Below, in pieces: positions 59,179 to 64,000 of a stretch of 64,000 nt of DNA. The number at the start of each line of letters is the position of its first letter. Position 1 is the first letter of the stretch. Made by a program: the position numbers and the translations under genes. This stretch comes from an uncultured Gemmatimonadales bacterium (GTDB lineage: Bacteria > Gemmatimonadota > Gemmatimonadetes > Gemmatimonadales > Gemmatimonadaceae): contig CAVPQB010000006.1 of NCBI GenBank assembly GCA_963707505.1, positions 416,001 to 480,000 of the forward strand. Reading direction: 5' to 3'. Below the pieces are notes generated by a model. That model worked only from the letters and a program-made list of their open reading frames with translations. It was not told the DNA's origin and made no database searches.

Positions 59179-60036
59179 CTACAGACGTGCGACGATGGCC
59201 TCTGCGAAGCGCGCGGCGCCCGACGAGGTGTGCGAGAAGAACAGCGACGGCTCCAGCATCTCGAGCTCGAGTAGCACGAAGCCAGCATCGGTTTCTATTC
59301 CATCCACGCGCGCGTACAGCCACGGCGATGGCGCGACGTCCAGCACGCGTTGCGCGGCGCGTACTACGTCACCGTTCGGCCGGTCGGTGATCGAACGGCC
59401 ACCAAATCCGGTCTGGACACGGAAATCTCCTTCGGTTGGCATCTTCCGCACCGCGTGACTGAAGTCACCATCGATGAACATCAGCGACCACTCGCCACGC
59501 GTCTGGATCTCCGGCATGAACGGCTGCACCATGACATCACCCGCATCGAGTGATTCGGCGAATTGCGCGCCGACGTCGAGCACCGCGGCGTGCGACACGC
59601 GCCAGGTGCGGGTAGCGGCCGCCGAAATGACCGGCTTCACCACCGCATCCAGCCAGCCACGCTCCACGAGCAGGCCGCCGAGGTCGGGCTTCGTGCCCTT
59701 CTCGAGCCATTCGGTGGGAACGGTGGGAACGCCCGCCCTCTCCAGATCACGGAGATAGGTCTTCTTCATGTTCCATCGGAGCACCGCTGGGGGATTCCAC
59801 ACTGGAGCACCCGCGGCGTCGAGCGCATCGATCCAGGACCGAAACTCCGCGGCGCGGTGATGGTAATCCCACGTCGAGCGAATGATAATCGCGTCAAAAC
59901 CGGCCCAATCGACCGCTGGGTCGTTCCAGATCGCGCCTGTTACCCGCGCACCACGTTTTTCAAGCTGGGCGACCGCAAGCTGGTCGTCCGGAGTCAGGTC
60001 CGGGTGCGCGGCCGAAGTTACGAATGCAATGTTCAC
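59179..60036 (-). CDS. ATP-grasp protein (RimK/glutathione synthetase-like)
   Basis: RSTWDY, VVKP, QPF..GEWS, YARVD, ELEMLEP. Confidence 0.85.
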   Translation of the reverse strand: MNIAFVTSAAHPDLTPDDQLAVAQLEKRGARVTGAIWNDPAVDWAGFDAIIIRSTWDYHHRAAEFRSWIDALDAAGAPVWNPPAVLRWNMKKTYLRDLERAGVPTVPTEWLEKGTKPDLGGLLVERGWLDAVVKPVISAAATRTWRVSHAAVLDVGAQFAESLDAGDVMVQPFMPEIQTRGEWSLMFIDGDFSHAVRKMPTEGDFRVQTGFGGRSITDRPNGDVVRAAQRVLDVAPSPWLYARVDGIETDAGFVLLELEMLEPSLFFSHTSSGAARFAEAIVARL

Positions 60037-60067
60037 GAGACAATGATTTCATGATGCCGCTCCGGGA

Positions 60068-60112
60068 GCAAGTGCCAAGAGCAAGTGCCTGGCGCAAGTC
60101 TCGGAGGCAAGT
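60068..60112. repeat. Four GCAAGT boxes at 13-bp period
   Basis: GCAAGT at 60068, 60081, 60094 and 60107 in a divergent intergenic region. Confidence 0.7.
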
Positions 60113-60234
60113 GCGAAGTGCGCGCGGATTGTCCATATTTTACGCGGACGAATTCACGGTAGCTCTCGTTGCCGTTTCAGTGCCCGAATATCGACGGGAA
60201 ACTGGCAATAATCATCGCTGGATCCGAGGCAGGA

Positions 60235-62409
60235 ATGAAAAGAATCGCTCTTGTAGTCGCTGTGGCACTTGGATCGGTCGCCCCACAACTCACCAACGCT
60301 CAGAGCACCCAGGACGTTGCACGCTGGCAGAAGGAGGCGCAGAGTGTCACGATCACAAGGGACGATTGGGGAATCGCGCACGTCCGAGGGAAGACGGACG
60401 CCGATGCTGTCTTTGGAATGATCTACGCACAGGCGGAGGACGATTTCAATCGCGTCGAGACCAACTATCTGAACTCGATGGGACGTCTCGCCGAAGCGGA
60501 AGGCGAGTCGGCGATCTATCAGGATCTTCGCATGAAGCTTTTCATCGATCCCGATTCGATGAAGACACTGTATGCGTCGAGCCCCGAATGGCTCAAGAAG
60601 CTGATGAACTCCTGGGCTGATGGCCTCAACTATTACATGTACAAGCATCCCGACGTCAAGCCGCGCGCGATCAGGCACTACGAGCCGTGGATGGCGCTCT
60701 CGTTCAGCGAAGGGAGCATTGGCGGTGACATCGAGCGCGTGAACCTCAAGCAGTTGCAGGCATTCTACGGTGGTGGTCCGGTGACCGCCGAGCCGGCGTC
60801 GGGTGTTCTGCCGCCGCCCGAGCCGGGCGGATCGAATGGAATGGCGGTTGCTCCGTCGAATACGAAAGATCATCATGCGCTGTTGTTGATCAACCCGCAC
60901 ACGTCGTTCTTCTTTCGGTCTGAATTGCAGATGACGAGCGATGAGGGACTCAACGCGTACGGCGCGGTGACGTGGGGCCAGTTTTTCGTGTATCAGGGCT
61001 TCAACACACGCGTCGGCTGGATGCACACCTCCAGCGCGGTGAACGCGGTGTCGGAGTTTCTCGAAACCGTCGAGAAGAAGGGCGATCGCTTCTACTACAA
61101 GTATGGAAGCGAAGAGCGGCCGATGGTCACGAAGACGATCACCGTACCATACAGGACCGCCAGCGGAATGGCCGACAAGACTTTCACCGCCTACTACACG
61201 CTCCACGGTCCCGTCATACGAAAGGCCGACGGCAGATGGGTAACGATCGAGCTGATGCAGCGTCCACAGATCGCGCTCATCCAGTCGTATACGCGCACCA
61301 AGGCGATGAATTACAAGGAGTACGAGAAGACGATGGAGTTGCACGGCAATTCGTCCAACAACACCATCTACGCAGACGCTGACGGCAACATCGCGTACTG
61401 GCATGCGAACTACATTCCACGTCGCGATACGTCGTTCGACTGGACTCATCCCGTTGACGGCAGCAATCCCAGGACCACGTGGGGTCCCGTGTTGTCGGTT
61501 GCAGAAACGCCGCATCTGTTGAATCCAAAGAACGGCTGGCTGTACAACAGCAACAACTGGCCGTGGTCAGCAGCGGGCGCGTACAGCCCAAAGCAGAAGG
61601 ACTTCCCGAGCTATGTGGATGTCGGAGTCGAATCCGCGCGCGGCCTGCATGCGATCCGCGTGCTTTCCGACAAGAAGGATTTCACGATCGAGTCGTTGCG
61701 CGCAGCTGCGTACGACAGCTATCTGCCGGCGTTCGCGATCATGGTTCCACCGCTGCTCAAGGCATGGGACGATGCTCCATCTTCCAACCCACTCAAAGCC
61801 AAACTCGCCGAGCAGATCGCTGTCCTGCGCAAGTGGGATTACCGTTGGAGCGTCAACTCCATTCCAACGTCGCTGGCGGTGTTCTGGGGCACCCAACTCG
61901 GACACACAAACCGCCGCGCGACTGCGGGAATGTCACCGGAGAAGTACGCAACCAACGAGGCGACTCCACAAGAGCAGTTGGAAGCGCTCTCGGCCGCTTC
62001 TGACAAGCTCGCAGCGGATTTCGGAACGTGGAAGACGCCGTGGGGCGACATCAATCGCTACCAGCGCAACAACGGTGACATCGAGCAGAAGTTCGATGAC
62101 TCCAAGCCAAGCATTCCGGTCGGCTTCACGTCGTCGCTGTGGGGATCACTGGCTTCGTTCGGTGCCCGCCCATATCCCGGAACCAGGAAGTGGTACGGCA
62201 CCAGCGGCAACAGCTTTGTCTCTGTAGTCGAGTTTGGCGACAGCGTGCGCGCGGTGGCGATCACGGCGGGTGGCGAGAGCGGCCATCCGAGCTCTCCGCA
62301 TTTCAACGACGAGGCGCAACGGTATGCGACCGGTAATCTGAGACCGGTCTACTACTATCCATCGCAACTGAAGGGACATACGGAGCGGGTGTATCATCCC
62401 GGGAACTAG
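60235..62409 (+). CDS. Penicillin acylase family (S45, Ntn-hydrolase), secreted
   Basis: ITRDDWGIAHV, YAQAED, GSNG nucleophile, LLINPH, YAD..GNI, GESG.P.SPHF.D. Confidence 0.9.
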   Translation: MKRIALVVAVALGSVAPQLTNAQSTQDVARWQKEAQSVTITRDDWGIAHVRGKTDADAVFGMIYAQAEDDFNRVETNYLNSMGRLAEAEGESAIYQDLRMKLFIDPDSMKTLYASSPEWLKKLMNSWADGLNYYMYKHPDVKPRAIRHYEPWMALSFSEGSIGGDIERVNLKQLQAFYGGGPVTAEPASGVLPPPEPGGSNGMAVAPSNTKDHHALLLINPHTSFFFRSELQMTSDEGLNAYGAVTWGQFFVYQGFNTRVGWMHTSSAVNAVSEFLETVEKKGDRFYYKYGSEERPMVTKTITVPYRTASGMADKTFTAYYTLHGPVIRKADGRWVTIELMQRPQIALIQSYTRTKAMNYKEYEKTMELHGNSSNNTIYADADGNIAYWHANYIPRRDTSFDWTHPVDGSNPRTTWGPVLSVAETPHLLNPKNGWLYNSNNWPWSAAGAYSPKQKDFPSYVDVGVESARGLHAIRVLSDKKDFTIESLRAAAYDSYLPAFAIMVPPLLKAWDDAPSSNPLKAKLAEQIAVLRKWDYRWSVNSIPTSLAVFWGTQLGHTNRRATAGMSPEKYATNEATPQEQLEALSAASDKLAADFGTWKTPWGDINRYQRNNGDIEQKFDDSKPSIPVGFTSSLWGSLASFGARPYPGTRKWYGTSGNSFVSVVEFGDSVRAVAITAGGESGHPSSPHFNDEAQRYATGNLRPVYYYPSQLKGHTERVYHPGN

Positions 62410-62497
62410 CGGAGTGAGTTTCACTTATTGAAACATGCGCCGGTCGCTGCCATGTAGATGGATGGCGCGACCGGCGCATGACACGTAAGATTCCCGT

Positions 62498-64000
62498 ATG
62501 GCCACGTCGTATCGATCGATAGTCGCGCTGTTTCTCGCACTCGGCTTCGCGCCAGTGCTCTCCGCCCAATCCCGGCCCGCTCCGACTGTCACGTCGGACG
62601 GCATCCTGCAGAGCAAGCGTCCCATTCCGGGCTCCGTTTACGAATCGCCCGCATTTACCCGGGCTGTCCTGAAGGGAACGCGCACGCGCACCGGCGAGCC
62701 GGGCCCGAACAGCTGGGTGCAGCACGCGCGCTACAGGATCGATGCGACGCTGGATCCCGCGACCAATACTGTCAGCGGGTCCGAGCACGTCGTGTATCTC
62801 AACAACTCGCCGGATACGCTCCCGTATCTGATGGTACATCTGTACCAGAACGTGTTCCGACCCGAGAGCCAGCGCAGGGACGCAGCGCCGATTACTGATG
62901 GGATCAAGCTCGCGCGCGTTGCAGTGGAGGGAGCGCAGCTTGCGCAGCAGAACCAGAGCCAGAGCAGACGCTCGCGCGCATCTGCGAATGCAGCGGGGTA
63001 CAGCGTGGACGGTACCGTCATGCGGATAGCGCTCGCCAGGCCGCTCATGCCGCACGACAGCGTGTCGCTCGATTTCGCGTGGTCCTACAATCCCGCGATG
63101 ACTCCATCCGATGGAAGGGAAGGGCGCGACGACCATCTCTACTTCATGGGATACTGGTATCCGCAGATCGCAGTGTACGACGACGTCGATGGCTGGGTCG
63201 CGGATCAGTACGTGCTGCAGGCGGAGTTCTACATGGAGCCCGCCGACTACGACGTTCACGTTACCGCTCCGCGCGGCTGGGTTGTCGGGGCTACGGGCTC
63301 ACTCCAGAACGCGGACGCGATCCTCAGCTCCAGTGCGCGCGCGAAGCTCGCCGACGCGCGGCGCAGCGGCAAGGTTGTAACGATCAGCAAGCCGAGCGAT
63401 GGCGCTGCAGCTTTCGCGAGCAAAGCACCGACCGTGACGTGGCACTTCACAGCGCCGGATTTGCGCGATTTCGCATGGGGCGCCAGCGATCGCTATGTGT
63501 GGGATGCCACTCGCGCACTCGTGGCCGACTCCGGCCAGAAGGCTGATACGGTCGACATCTTCAGCTTCTATCGCATAAGCCCGGCGGCTGCGGCGTGGGC
63601 AGTCGGTGGCGCGCGGTACACTCGCGACGCGATCGAGCAGCTTTCGGCGTATCTGTGGAAGTACCCATGGCCGACGATGACGTCTATGGAAGGCGTTCTG
63701 ACGGGCGGAGGCATGGAGTATCCGCGCATGACGCTGATGCAGCCGTGGGCTGACACGCTGTCGCTCGCTGGCGATCTCATGCACGAAACCGGGCACATGT
63801 GGTTTCCGATGATGGTGGGGTCCAACGAGACGCGCTATACCTGGATGGATGAAGGCTTCACGCAGTTCGACGAAGCGCAGGGATTGCGTGTGCTGTATGG
63901 AGAGCCTCGCAAGGGCGGGCGCATCGCGGACACCGAGCAGGGTCAACGACTGCTGTACACACGCACAGCTGCCGCGGGTGACGATCAGATATTGATGACG
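62498..64000 (+). CDS. M1-family metallo-aminopeptidase, partial (runs off window end)
   Basis: Manual translation gives a signal peptide, GGGMEYP and HETGHMWFPMMVGSNE..WMDEGF in the same frame. Confidence 0.88.
   Translation, partial: MATSYRSIVALFLALGFAPVLSAQSRPAPTVTSDGILQSKRPIPGSVYESPAFTRAVLKGTRTRTGEPGPNSWVQHARYRIDATLDPATNTVSGSEHVVYLNNSPDTLPYLMVHLYQNVFRPESQRRDAAPITDGIKLARVAVEGAQLAQQNQSQSRRSRASANAAGYSVDGTVMRIALARPLMPHDSVSLDFAWSYNPAMTPSDGREGRDDHLYFMGYWYPQIAVYDDVDGWVADQYVLQAEFYMEPADYDVHVTAPRGWVVGATGSLQNADAILSSSARAKLADARRSGKVVTISKPSDGAAAFASKAPTVTWHFTAPDLRDFAWGASDRYVWDATRALVADSGQKADTVDIFSFYRISPAAAAWAVGGARYTRDAIEQLSAYLWKYPWPTMTSMEGVLTGGGMEYPRMTLMQPWADTLSLAGDLMHETGHMWFPMMVGSNETRYTWMDEGFTQFDEAQGLRVLYGEPRKGGRIADTEQGQRLLYTRTAAAGDDQILMT

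Noticed and set aside
60061..60125. Possible mini-CRISPR array
   Set aside because: 6-bp repeats with 7-bp spacers are far too short, and no cas genes are present.

Overview
GC-rich bacterial chromosomal window. Gene content (many Ser/Thr kinases, secreted peptidases, ECF sigma factors) suggests Gemmatimonadota, which is inference only. No rRNA, tRNA or CRISPR array was seen. The main accessory region (~4.8-18.1 kb) is a polymorphic-toxin locus. It has a sigma54-type promoter with enhancer-like and IHF-like palindromes, then a ~2280-aa signal-peptide-bearing Rhs/YD protein with eight Cys-paired Ig-like repeats and a C-terminal HExxH domain. Downstream lie candidate immunity genes (one hidden by a frameshift), an AraC-type regulator, an orphan Rhs-CT/immunity pair and an IS3-family element whose transposase carries an in-frame 33-bp palindromic insert. 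The rest encodes DNA repair genes (LigD-type primase-polymerase plus LigC-type ligase, UdgX-family glycosylase, Nth, RmuC), peptidases, transporters, two ECF systems and a hybrid-kinase operon ending in a frameshifted HisKA-REC-Ser/Thr kinase fusion. It also holds several decayed genes (RES domain, aromatic amino acid decarboxylase, PIN toxin-antitoxin) and REP-like palindromes. All product calls come from motif recognition by eye, not database searches.
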